Below, piece after piece: positions 1-8,203 of a stretch of DNA of 40,590 nt (positions are counted from its first letter, which is position 1; each line of letters starts with the position of its first letter). The stretch spans positions 1 to 40,590 of the forward strand of contig JAKLFS010000002.1 in assembly GCA_022711075.1 (NCBI GenBank), in the 5' to 3' direction. The stretch is from Patescibacteria group bacterium (GTDB lineage: Bacteria; Patescibacteriota; Minisyncoccia; UBA6257; JAAZHW01). The notes beneath the pieces are model-generated. The model did no database searches and was not told the DNA's origin. It worked only from the letters and a program-made list of their open reading frames with translations. The position numbers were made by a program, and so were the translations under genes.

Positions 1-402
1 CGGATTCTCAAGGAGCGGGGGATTGATTTGGTGGTGATGGCCGGTTGGGATTTGATTTTGTCCAACGTATTTTTAAAAGAGTTTCCTAATGCCGTGATTA
101 ATATTCATCCTTCGCTTTGTCCGTCTTTCCCGGGTTTGGAAGCGCCGAAGCAGGCCTTGGAGTACGGCGCGAAAATTACCGGTTGCACCTTGCATTTTGT
201 GCCGGATGAGGGAGTGGATACCGGTCCGGTTATTTTTCAGCGAGCAGTTGAGCTAAATAATAGCGACACCTTGAAATCGCTGGAAGATAAAATTCATGAG
301 CAAGAAGAAGAATTACTTTGCGAGGGCATTGGAGCTTGGGTGGAGGGGAGGATTAAGGTTGAAGGAAGAATTGTAAAAATTTCTCCGCCTCCAACTTTTT
401 AA
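1..402 (+). CDS. purN: Phosphoribosylglycinamide formyltransferase (PurN), 5' end outside the window
   Basis: Frame 1 is open from base 1. INIHPSLCPSFPGLEAPKQALEYGAKITGCTLHFVPDEGVDTGPVIFQ matches the PurN formyltransferase core (NIHPSLLP..PG, HFV.DE.D.GP). Confidence 0.85.
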   Translation, partial: RILKERGIDLVVMAGWDLILSNVFLKEFPNAVINIHPSLCPSFPGLEAPKQALEYGAKITGCTLHFVPDEGVDTGPVIFQRAVELNNSDTLKSLEDKIHEQEEELLCEGIGAWVEGRIKVEGRIVKISPPPTF

Positions 403-425
403 CTCATACTAATAAAGTATGAGTT
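401..425 (+). other. 9-bp hairpin overlapping the purN stop (AACTCATAC / GTATGAGTT, 7-nt loop), no U-tract
   Basis: Perfect inverted repeat read directly. It is followed by AAAGG rather than a T-run, so it is at best a weak terminator. Confidence 0.3.
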
Positions 426-480
426 AAAGGAAAAGACAAGTCTCGGGTTTAGGCGTTTAATTTATAAAAAATGAAAAAAT

Positions 481-999
481 ATGAGCTTAGATTATCAAAC
501 TTTTAAAATTATCAATGATTTTGCCGGGAAAAATGCGATTTTAGATAAAGTCGGAGTGTTTTGTGCCGAGTATCTGCCGTATATTATCGGCGTTGGCGCT
601 CTGATTTTTGCGCTTTACTGGTTTGTTAAAAATAAAAGCTGGAAAGTTGTCTGGCAGGCGCTACTGGCGATAATTTTAAGCCGTGGAATCATTACCGAGG
701 CCATCCGTTTTTTGTGGCATCGGCCGCGGCCGTTCGTTAGCCACTTCGTCAATTCGTTGCTCAATCACGATGCCAGCGGTTCTTTTCCCTCTGGTCACAC
801 CACGCTTTTATTTGCTCTATCATCAGCGATTTATTTTTGGAATAAAAAAATCGGCTGGTTATTTTTCATTTTGAGTTTTTTGGCTTGTTTCGCCAGAATT
901 TTTGTCGGCGTTCATTATCCGTTAGATATTTTAGGCGGGATAGTAATTGGCGTATTTTCCGGTTGGCTGATTAATAAAATTAGCAAAAAGCTTAGGTAG
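481..999 (+). CDS. PAP2-superfamily lipid phosphatase (undecaprenyl-diphosphate or phosphatidylglycerophosphate phosphatase-like)
   Basis: All three acid-phosphatase motifs are present: RPRP, SFPSGHTT and GVHYPLDILGG. The protein has multiple hydrophobic helices. Confidence 0.8.
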   Translation: MSLDYQTFKIINDFAGKNAILDKVGVFCAEYLPYIIGVGALIFALYWFVKNKSWKVVWQALLAIILSRGIITEAIRFLWHRPRPFVSHFVNSLLNHDASGSFPSGHTTLLFALSSAIYFWNKKIGWLFFILSFLACFARIFVGVHYPLDILGGIVIGVFSGWLINKISKKLR

Positions 1000-1020
1000 T
1001 TGTAAGACGCTAATTAAAAT

Positions 1021-1058
1021 AAAAAAAACAGGTCGCTTGAGGCGACCTGTTTCATTTC
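1021..1058. terminator. Bidirectional rho-independent terminator between the PAP2 gene (+) and hsp20 (-)
   Basis: ACAGGTCGC (1028-1036), loop TTGAG, GCGACCTGT (1042-1050). An A8 run lies upstream (a T-run on the minus strand) and TTCATTTCTT lies downstream. Confidence 0.7.
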
Positions 1059-1060
1059 TT

Positions 1061-1504
1061 CTAATCCGCTTTAATTTTTACTTTTTTAATCTTGGCTTTG
1101 TCTAATTTGGGCATTTTCACGGTTAAAATTCCATTTTTTAGCGAAGCACTGACGCGGTCGCTGTCAATTTCTACGGGTAGAATAACCGATCGGCTGAACC
1201 TTCCCCAATAGCATTCTTGATAAAAATAGTCATCCGACTTCACCGTTTCCTCTTGTGATCTCTGGCCTTTGATGGTAATCATGTCGTTCACGATGGAGAT
1301 ATCAATGTCTTCGGGCTTGACGCCGGCCACGGCTGATTTAATGATGATTTCCTGGGGCGTTTGGTAAACGTCGATCGTCAGTTGGCCTTCCGATTCCAGC
1401 CAGCCCTCTTCTTTTTCTTTGGAAGCAGAATCCTGGACTTCCAAGTCGACTTCTTTTTCGTCACTACTCGGTCGGAAAAGCGATTTAAATTTAGCATTAG
1501 CCAT
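1061..1504 (-). CDS. Hsp20/alpha-crystallin family small heat-shock protein
   Basis: Alpha-crystallin domain pattern: LTIDVYQT...VAGVKPEDIDISIVNDMITIKG...FSRSVILPVEIDSDRVSASLKNGILTVKMPK. Confidence 0.9.
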   Translation of the reverse strand: MANAKFKSLFRPSSDEKEVDLEVQDSASKEKEEGWLESEGQLTIDVYQTPQEIIIKSAVAGVKPEDIDISIVNDMITIKGQRSQEETVKSDDYFYQECYWGRFSRSVILPVEIDSDRVSASLKNGILTVKMPKLDKAKIKKVKIKAD

Positions 1505-1516
1505 AAATGTGAAGAT

Positions 1517-2299
1517 TTATTTTTTTATTCGGCAATTTTTTAATTGGCGGAAAGCTCGACTGACTATCGCGCCTGAAATTACTAATAAGATAACGAGAAT
1601 GAGCGGGTATACGAACCCTTCGCTGATATTCATTATAAGATAATTATACACCGAATGCAAAACCGTGGCGAGTAAAATTCCGGCGGGAAAGGCGATAAGT
1701 AAAGCCGGAAACTTTTTTTTACAGGTTCTGGTGAATGACCAAAAATAGCCGATAATGGCAGCGGAGATGGCATGGAGCAAAACCGTGGCCAGAAACCTGA
1801 TGGCGGCCGTTGCCATCAGATTGACTAAAATCGTATCGGAAAATTGGATATTGAATATTCCTTGCCAGGTGAGAATCGCGCCGCTGCCGAAAATCGTGGA
1901 GAAATAAACTTTCAGGTTTTCCGCCGCCGCAAAGCCCAAGGCAGCCGTAATCATATAAATCATCGGATCATTGGTTTCATCGCGAAAATAGCGATTTTTG
2001 ATCGTGCTGATGCGGGCAGCCAGAAATTTCAAGATTTCTTCCAAGAAGGGGTAAAAGAACAAAAAGAGTATTGCTCCTAATTGGCTATTGGGATTATTTT
2101 GGACAAACGGCCGAAACCAAACGTTTTCCGCTTGGCTGCCGATAATGGTTACCAGTCCGCCTAAGACGAAAGTCAAAAGCAGATAGCGTTTGGGTTCGGG
2201 CCGGCCGTCTTTTTTTAGAAAATAAAACAGCCAAGCGACGCTCGGCACTACCGCTAGAAGGAAAAGAAAAAGTAGTTTTGACAATCCCTCCCAATTCAT
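1517..2299 (-). CDS. PrsW-family intramembrane metalloprotease
   Basis: Polytopic membrane protein with EExxK (FLEEILKFLAA), a conserved His (LLHAISAA) and HxxxN (LHSVYNYL). I prefer the ATG at 2299 (MNWEG...), which sits 4 nt after the valS stop, over the track start at 2323. Confidence 0.65.
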   Translation of the reverse strand: MNWEGLSKLLFLFLLAVVPSVAWLFYFLKKDGRPEPKRYLLLTFVLGGLVTIIGSQAENVWFRPFVQNNPNSQLGAILFLFFYPFLEEILKFLAARISTIKNRYFRDETNDPMIYMITAALGFAAAENLKVYFSTIFGSGAILTWQGIFNIQFSDTILVNLMATAAIRFLATVLLHAISAAIIGYFWSFTRTCKKKFPALLIAFPAGILLATVLHSVYNYLIMNISEGFVYPLILVILLVISGAIVSRAFRQLKNCRIKK

Positions 2300-2303
2300 A
2301 AGA

Positions 2304-4508
2304 TTATATCGGCCATTCCTCAATCATTAATAATTTTTTCTCCTTGATCGGAAGTTTTTGATAGATTTCCTCCGTGATGAACGGCATAAAAGGATGAAGA
2401 AGCTTCAAATTGGTTTTTAAAATTTCCAGGAGCAGATATTGGCTGGCTAACCGCTCATTTTTATCAGCGGATTTTAGGCGTGGTTTCACGCTTTCAATTA
2501 TTTTATCGGCAAAGGTGTGCCAGAAATAATGATAGATTTTTTCTCCAGCCGCATAAAAGCGGAAATTTTCCATATCTTTCGTCACCTCCTTAATGAATTT
2601 CCCCAGTTCCTTGAGAATTTTTTTGTCGCCATCGGTCAGGGTCGGTTTTGACAACGGAGCAAAATCTTCCAAGTTCATCATTACGAATTTGCTGGCATTC
2701 CAAATTTTATTGGCAAAATTGCGGTAGCCGCGGATTTTTTCTTCGGAAATAATCGGGTCATTGCCCGGCGCATTCCCTATAATCAGGGCCAGACGCAAGG
2801 CGTCGGTGCCGTATAGATCAATGACGCCCAAGGGATCAATGGCATTATTTTTGGACTTAGACATTTTTTGGCGGTCTTTATCTCTGATTAAGCCATGGAG
2901 ATAAACGTGTTCAAAGGGAATTTTTCCGGTAACATAAAGTCCAAACATTATCATTCTGGCTACCCAGAAGAAGAGAATGTCCCAACCCGTTTCCATAATT
3001 GAAGTTGGATAAAACCTTTTGAAATCATCGGGCCGACAAGCTTGTAGGGTGGCAAAGGGCCATTGGCCCGAGGAAAACCAGGTATCAAACACATCACTTT
3101 CTTTTTTAAAGGAATTGTTATTGCATTTTGGGCACCTGTCGGGCCGGCCGTTTTCTATAAAGAGAATGTCTTGGCCGCATTTCGCGCAGTACCAAATCGG
3201 AATGGGAATGCCCCAAACAATTTGCCGTGAGATGTTCCAGTCGCGGATATTTTTCATCCAGTGATTAAAAATTTTTTCAAATTTTTTGCTGACGAATTTA
3301 ACTTTTCCCGATTTCACCGCTTCTGTCGCCAGATCGCGCAGGGATAATTTTCCGCTTTTGGGCGCCTCTGTCATTTTCACAAACCATTGAGTACGAGGCA
3401 GGGGTTCAATGGTGTTTTTACATTTATAACAAACAGAAACCTGATGCTTATAATCTTCAATTTTTTCCAAAGCTCCGGCTTTTTCCAGGATTTCAATGGA
3501 TTTGGTTCTGGCCTCCAGAATTTTCAAGCCGTTTAATTCGCCGGTCAGCTCGTTCATTCTTCCGTCCCAGCCGATAATTTGGTAATCAAGCGGTAACGAA
3601 TGATTTTTTCCGATTTCAAAGTCAACGCTGTCGTGAGCCGGCGTGATTTTTAAGGCGCCGGTTCCGAAATCCTTATCTACCGCGCTGTCGCTGATTACTT
3701 TGATGGCATCGCCGTATTTCCCTCTATTTTTAATCAGGGGATTGGTGACGGATTTCCCGATAAAGTTTTTGTACTGCTTGTTTTGGGGGTGAACGGCAAT
3801 GGCGAAGTCGCCGGGAATCGTTTCGGGCCGGGTAGTGGCCACGATTATGAATTCTTTGGGATTATCAGCCAGAAAATATTTTACATAATATATCTTATCG
3901 TTTCTTTCTTCCCAATTGATTTCCAAATCCGAAAGCGCGGTTTGGTGTTTGGGGCACCAATTAACAATGCGGCTAGCGCGGTAAATCAAGCCGTCGTCAT
4001 ACATTTTTTTGAACGTTTGATAGACTGTTTTGATGATGTTTGGATCAAGCGTGAATTTTTCCCTGGACCAATCGCAGGAAGCGCCTAATTTTTTTATCTG
4101 GTCTTCCATGTGGGATTTGTTGGTTTGGGTAAAATCCCAGATCATTTTATAAAGTTTTTCCCGGCCGCCTTCTTGTTTCAAAATTTCAAACCGGCTGCTG
4201 CCTTCTTTTTCCAATTTTTTTTCAAATACCACTTGGGTTTCAAATCCGGCGTGGTCCGCTCCGGGCAGCCACAAAGTTTTAAAGCCGCGCATCCTTTTAT
4301 ATCTGATCATTATGTCTTCGGTGGCGGTGGTTAGGGCATGACCCAGGTGCAAGGAGCCGTTGGCATTGGGCGGCGGCATTATAATGGTGAACGGTTTCTG
4401 ATGGCGCTCGGGTAGGTTATCAGGGTTGAAAAAACCCGATTCTTCCCATAAGCGGTAAATTTTTTCCTCTGTTTCGTTTGGATTATATGAAGACGAATTA
4501 TCGGGCAT
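2304..4508 (-). CDS. valS: Valyl-tRNA synthetase, short form of 734 aa
   Basis: HIGH-type motif PPPNANGSLHLGHAL and KMSKS. The CP1 editing domain is present (TTRPETIPGDFAIAVHP, GTGALKITPAHD). Confidence 0.95.
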   Translation of the reverse strand: MPDNSSSYNPNETEEKIYRLWEESGFFNPDNLPERHQKPFTIIMPPPNANGSLHLGHALTTATEDIMIRYKRMRGFKTLWLPGADHAGFETQVVFEKKLEKEGSSRFEILKQEGGREKLYKMIWDFTQTNKSHMEDQIKKLGASCDWSREKFTLDPNIIKTVYQTFKKMYDDGLIYRASRIVNWCPKHQTALSDLEINWEERNDKIYYVKYFLADNPKEFIIVATTRPETIPGDFAIAVHPQNKQYKNFIGKSVTNPLIKNRGKYGDAIKVISDSAVDKDFGTGALKITPAHDSVDFEIGKNHSLPLDYQIIGWDGRMNELTGELNGLKILEARTKSIEILEKAGALEKIEDYKHQVSVCYKCKNTIEPLPRTQWFVKMTEAPKSGKLSLRDLATEAVKSGKVKFVSKKFEKIFNHWMKNIRDWNISRQIVWGIPIPIWYCAKCGQDILFIENGRPDRCPKCNNNSFKKESDVFDTWFSSGQWPFATLQACRPDDFKRFYPTSIMETGWDILFFWVARMIMFGLYVTGKIPFEHVYLHGLIRDKDRQKMSKSKNNAIDPLGVIDLYGTDALRLALIIGNAPGNDPIISEEKIRGYRNFANKIWNASKFVMMNLEDFAPLSKPTLTDGDKKILKELGKFIKEVTKDMENFRFYAAGEKIYHYFWHTFADKIIESVKPRLKSADKNERLASQYLLLEILKTNLKLLHPFMPFITEEIYQKLPIKEKKLLMIEEWPI

Positions 4509-4517
4509 GATGTTTTA

Positions 4518-4546
4518 ATTGTATTTTAAAAACGCGATTTTCGCAA
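4518..4546 (-). promoter_or_regulatory. Putative sigma70-type promoter of valS (TTGCGA-17-TACAAT on the minus strand)
   Basis: The reverse complement reads TTGCGA aaatcgcgtttttaaaa TACAAT taaaacatc ATG. The -10 box ends 9 nt before the valS ATG. Confidence 0.5.
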
Positions 4547-4569
4547 CTCTTTTGAGGCATTTGATTTAT

Positions 4570-4598
4570 TTGCTATTGGTCAATTTTCAGGGTAAAAT
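4570..4598 (+). promoter_or_regulatory. Putative sigma70-type promoter of the TraD-like ATPase gene (TTGCTA-17-TAAAAT)
   Basis: TTGCTA (4570-4575), 17-nt spacer, TAAAAT (4593-4598). It is divergent from the valS promoter. Confidence 0.5.
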
Positions 4599-4606
4599 TA
4601 AATTAA

Positions 4607-6310
4607 TTGATCAAAGCCCTTATGCAAAAAGACGTTACAATTTTCGCTGAAACCAATTTCCGCAACCAGCGGGTCAAATTCGGCATTAAAACCGATGATC
4701 GCCGCAAGCATATGTATGCCATCGGTAAAACCGGCATGGGTAAGACTGTAATGCTGGAAAATATGGCGATTGACGACATTCGGGCTGGCCGCGGTTTAGC
4801 CTTCATTGATCCACACGGCGAATCCGCCCAGCGCCTGTTGAGTTTTGTGCCCAAAGAACGTTTGAACGATGTGATTTATTTCTGTCCTCCGGATTTGAAT
4901 TTCCCCATCGCTTTCAATCCGCTGGAGGCGATTTCCGAGGAACATCATCATTTGGTGGCTTCCAGTATTTTGGAAATTTTTAAGAAAATTTGGCCCGATG
5001 TTTGGAGCGCAAGGATGGAATACATTCTCAATAATTGTTTGATGGCGCTTTTGGAATATTCCGATTCCACCCTGTTGGACATTATGCGGCTTTTGACTGA
5101 CAATGATTTCCGGAAAAAAATCGTGGACAGCCTTAAGGATCCGGTAGTAAAAAATTTCTGGGTCAATGAATACGCTCGATACAATGAAAGATTTCAAACC
5201 GAGGCCATTGCACCGATTCAAAACAAAGTGGGTCAGTTTTTGACCAACCCTTTGATTCGGAATATTATCGGCCAGAAAAAATCTTCTTTTGATATCCGCA
5301 AGGCGATGGATGAGGGAAAGATTTTGATTGTCAACATTTCCAAGGGTCTGATGGGTGAGTCCAATTCCGCTCTTTTGGGCGCGATGATGGTGACGAAGAT
5401 TGAACAAGCAGCGATGAGCCGGGCTGACGTGCCGGAAAGCGAGCGTCCCGACTTCTTCCTTTATGTTGATGAATTTCAGACATTTGCCACTGAGTCTTTT
5501 GCCAACATTCTTTCTGAGGCGCGTAAGTACCATTTATCTTTGATCATCTCCCACCAATACATTGCCCAGTTGCCGGAGCCGGTGAAATTCGCCATTTTCG
5601 GCAACGTCGGCACGTTTGTCGTTTTCCGGGTTGGCGCCGAAGATGCCGAGTGGCTGGAAAAGGAATTTGAGCCGGAGTTTATGGCCAACGACCTGGTGAA
5701 CTTGGCGAAATACAATATTTATTTAAAATTGATGATTGACGGAATGACCTCTAAGGCTTTTTCCGCCAGCACTTTGGCGCCCTATCCGATTCCGGAAGAA
5801 GATTCGGCTCCGACCATTATTGAATATACGCGAACGAAATACGCCGTTCCGAGGCTGCAGATTGAAACGGAAATTACTCAGGAATGGTCAAAAATAGATA
5901 ATCACGAAGAAGCAGGAGGAAGGCGCGATCAGGGCGGGAGAGGAGAAGGGCGGGAAAGGTCCAAACCCGTTAAAAAACCTTTCAGTGATTTTTGCTGGGT
6001 GTGCGGTCAGGAAACGGATGTGGCCTTTCAGCCCGATGGCCGCCGTCCGATTTATTGCAAGAATTGCTACGATGGCGTGAAAGCCGGAGAAATAATTCCG
6101 CCTACCAAGCCCAAAAAATTGGAAACGCTCATCGTGAAGAGCGCCAGCGTTAAAAATTTATCCAGTCGGGAGAAGGAAGAAAAACCCGAATTTCCCAAGC
6201 GCCCCGGGGTTAATTTGGACGAGTTGAGAAAATCTTTGCAGGAATCTTTGGGCAAGCTGCAAAAAAAGGAGGAAGATAAAAAAGAGGAGACGTCGTCGGA
6301 CTCTCAATAA
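4607..6310 (+). CDS. TraD/VirD4/TraG-like (type IV coupling protein-like, FtsK/HerA-superfamily) P-loop ATPase with a C-terminal CxxC-x17-CxxC zinc ribbon
   Basis: Walker A is IGKTGMGKT and Walker B is FFLYVDEFQTF, followed by LIISHQY. The C-terminal region has GGRRDQGGRGEGRER, then CWVC-17 aa-CKNC, then a K/E-rich tail. The track start at 4607 is TTG; an in-frame ATG lies at 4622. Confidence 0.75.
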   Translation: MIKALMQKDVTIFAETNFRNQRVKFGIKTDDRRKHMYAIGKTGMGKTVMLENMAIDDIRAGRGLAFIDPHGESAQRLLSFVPKERLNDVIYFCPPDLNFPIAFNPLEAISEEHHHLVASSILEIFKKIWPDVWSARMEYILNNCLMALLEYSDSTLLDIMRLLTDNDFRKKIVDSLKDPVVKNFWVNEYARYNERFQTEAIAPIQNKVGQFLTNPLIRNIIGQKKSSFDIRKAMDEGKILIVNISKGLMGESNSALLGAMMVTKIEQAAMSRADVPESERPDFFLYVDEFQTFATESFANILSEARKYHLSLIISHQYIAQLPEPVKFAIFGNVGTFVVFRVGAEDAEWLEKEFEPEFMANDLVNLAKYNIYLKLMIDGMTSKAFSASTLAPYPIPEEDSAPTIIEYTRTKYAVPRLQIETEITQEWSKIDNHEEAGGRRDQGGRGEGRERSKPVKKPFSDFCWVCGQETDVAFQPDGRRPIYCKNCYDGVKAGEIIPPTKPKKLETLIVKSASVKNLSSREKEEKPEFPKRPGVNLDELRKSLQESLGKLQKKEEDKKEETSSDSQ

Positions 6311-6322
6311 GCAAATAAAACT

Positions 6323-6892
6323 ATGTTAGGAATTAATGACCTAAAGCCAGGAGTTGTTTTTATCATGGATGATCAGCCCTACGAAGTTTTATGGGTTAAT
6401 CATCTGAAGATGCAGATGCGCAAGCCGGTGTTGCAGACCCGGGTGAAGAATTTAATCAACGGAAAAGTATTGGAGAAAAATCTTTCGCATTCCGAGTCTT
6501 TTGAGGAAGCGGAGGTGGAGCGAGCTCATGTTCTTTATCTTTATAATCATCGGGGAGAATATTGGTTTTGCGATCCCAAGGATCGCGCCAAAAGATTTCA
6601 ATTACCGGAAGAATTATTGGCTGACAGCAAGTATTATTTGAAGCCCAATACGGAAATAGATGCTTTTAAGTTCAATGACCAAGTGATAAACATCAATTTG
6701 CCGATTAAAATGGATTTTCAGGTAGTAGAAGCGCCGCCGGGAATCAAAGGCAATACGGCTCAGGGCGGCACAAAAATCGTTACCATTGAATCCGGAGCAC
6801 AGATTTCAGTTCCGCTTTTCATTGAAGAAGGAGATGTTATTAAAGTGAACACTGAACGCGGAGAGTACGTGGAGCGAGTGCAAAAGCGTTAA
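6323..6892 (+). CDS. efp: Translation elongation factor P
   Basis: Collinear with EF-P over its full length (DQPYEV..., GIKGNTAQGGTK, VPLFIEEGDVIKVNTERGEYVERV). Confidence 0.95.
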   Translation: MLGINDLKPGVVFIMDDQPYEVLWVNHLKMQMRKPVLQTRVKNLINGKVLEKNLSHSESFEEAEVERAHVLYLYNHRGEYWFCDPKDRAKRFQLPEELLADSKYYLKPNTEIDAFKFNDQVININLPIKMDFQVVEAPPGIKGNTAQGGTKIVTIESGAQISVPLFIEEGDVIKVNTERGEYVERVQKR

Positions 6893-6912
6893 AGAAAAAT
6901 GCGGCCTGGTTT

Positions 6913-8199
6913 ATGAGCCTGCAAACGTTATTTTTTGAAAATCTTTCGCCAAAACAAACTGTTTTTAAAAACAGTTTTTGGCTTTTTTTAGGCCAGGGCA
7001 TCGGTAAGTTCTTCAAATTTTTTTTACTGCTGGCCGCAGCCCGTATTCTGGGCCCGACTGATTTCGGCGCCTTTAATTATTTATTTTCCATCGCCTCCTT
7101 GTTTTTTATCTTTTCTGATTGGGGGGTCAGCGCTCTGGTGATCCGTGATTACCAGAATGACTCCATCGATAAAGAAAAATACATCAGAAGCGCGGCCGGA
7201 TTGAAGATAATCTTAGTGGCCGTAGCCTTCCTGGCGGTTTTAGCCGGTTTGTTGTTTTTTCAAAACCCGGTTTTTAAAACCACCTTAATCTTATTGGCGG
7301 TTTTTTTGGTCGTCTCTAATCTCCGCGACTTTATTGTTTACCTTTTTCGTGCTTTTCAAAAGATGGAAAAAGAATTTTGGCTGGTGCTGGCGGAAAATTT
7401 CTCACTTTTAGTTGTCGGCCTCTCTCTTTTGTTGATTTATAAAAATATCATTTCTTTAAGCTTAGCCTATATTGGCAGTATGGTTGTCAGCGCGGCGCTG
7501 GCTTTAATTTTGTTCAAAAATTATTTCTCCTATCTTAAACCGAGATGGCCTAAGGATGAACTGAAAAAATTATTGAGCAATGGGGCGCCGATTATGTTTT
7601 GCGGTCTCCTTTCCTTTATATTTTTTTCCACCGATCAGATAATTTTAGGAAAGTTGCGCGGCACTACCGAAGTTGGCTATTATTCCATTGCGACCAAAAT
7701 TATTCTTTTGGTTAATACAATCGCGACCTTATTGATGACGGCAGTTTTTCCTTATTTGGCTTCACAAGTGCATAATGCGCAAAAAGTAATAAAGATTTTT
7801 AAAAAAACCCTGTTGGCTTTTATCGTTTTGAGCCTTTTCTTGGCGGTTTTGGGTATGCTCTCGGCGCCGATTATCCCCTTGATTGTCGGTTCGCAGTACG
7901 GCCCATCGGTTAGCCTCTTCCGGTTTTTTATTTGGATCATAGTTTTTATGTTTCCGGTTGCCTTATTTGATTACATTCTTTTTGCTTATAATAAACAATG
8001 GCTGAATTTTTGGTTTACTTCCGCTTGTGCCGTTATCAACGTCATTTTGAATTTTACCCTCATTCCTCGTTACGGAATGTTCGGGGCAGCTACGGCGAGC
8101 ATCATAGCTCAATTTTTGAATTTCGTCATTAGCTGGTATTTGTCGCGGAAGGTGATGGCCAACGCGCTAAAATCCTTGCCCGCCACTCTTAATTTATAA
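6913..8199 (+). CDS. Wzx-like oligosaccharide/polysaccharide flippase (MOP superfamily)
   Basis: 428-aa protein with roughly 12 hydrophobic helices and composition typical of polysaccharide-biosynthesis flippases. It heads a glycosyltransferase cluster. Confidence 0.75.
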   Translation: MSLQTLFFENLSPKQTVFKNSFWLFLGQGIGKFFKFFLLLAAARILGPTDFGAFNYLFSIASLFFIFSDWGVSALVIRDYQNDSIDKEKYIRSAAGLKIILVAVAFLAVLAGLLFFQNPVFKTTLILLAVFLVVSNLRDFIVYLFRAFQKMEKEFWLVLAENFSLLVVGLSLLLIYKNIISLSLAYIGSMVVSAALALILFKNYFSYLKPRWPKDELKKLLSNGAPIMFCGLLSFIFFSTDQIILGKLRGTTEVGYYSIATKIILLVNTIATLLMTAVFPYLASQVHNAQKVIKIFKKTLLAFIVLSLFLAVLGMLSAPIIPLIVGSQYGPSVSLFRFFIWIIVFMFPVALFDYILFAYNKQWLNFWFTSACAVINVILNFTLIPRYGMFGAATASIIAQFLNFVISWYLSRKVMANALKSLPATLNL

Positions 8200-8203
8200 A
8201 AGT

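Noticed and set aside
471-506. 11-codon upstream mini-ORF (MKKYELRLSNF) overlapping the PAP2 start
   Set aside because: It is very short, sits in an A-rich region, and has no attenuator structure or conservation evidence available.
4796-5533. 245-aa ORF on the minus strand inside the TraD-like ATPase gene
   Set aside because: It is fully antisense to a gene with clear P-loop motifs. The translation is low-complexity and rich in Arg, Leu and Asn, with no recognisable motif. It is a typical shadow ORF.
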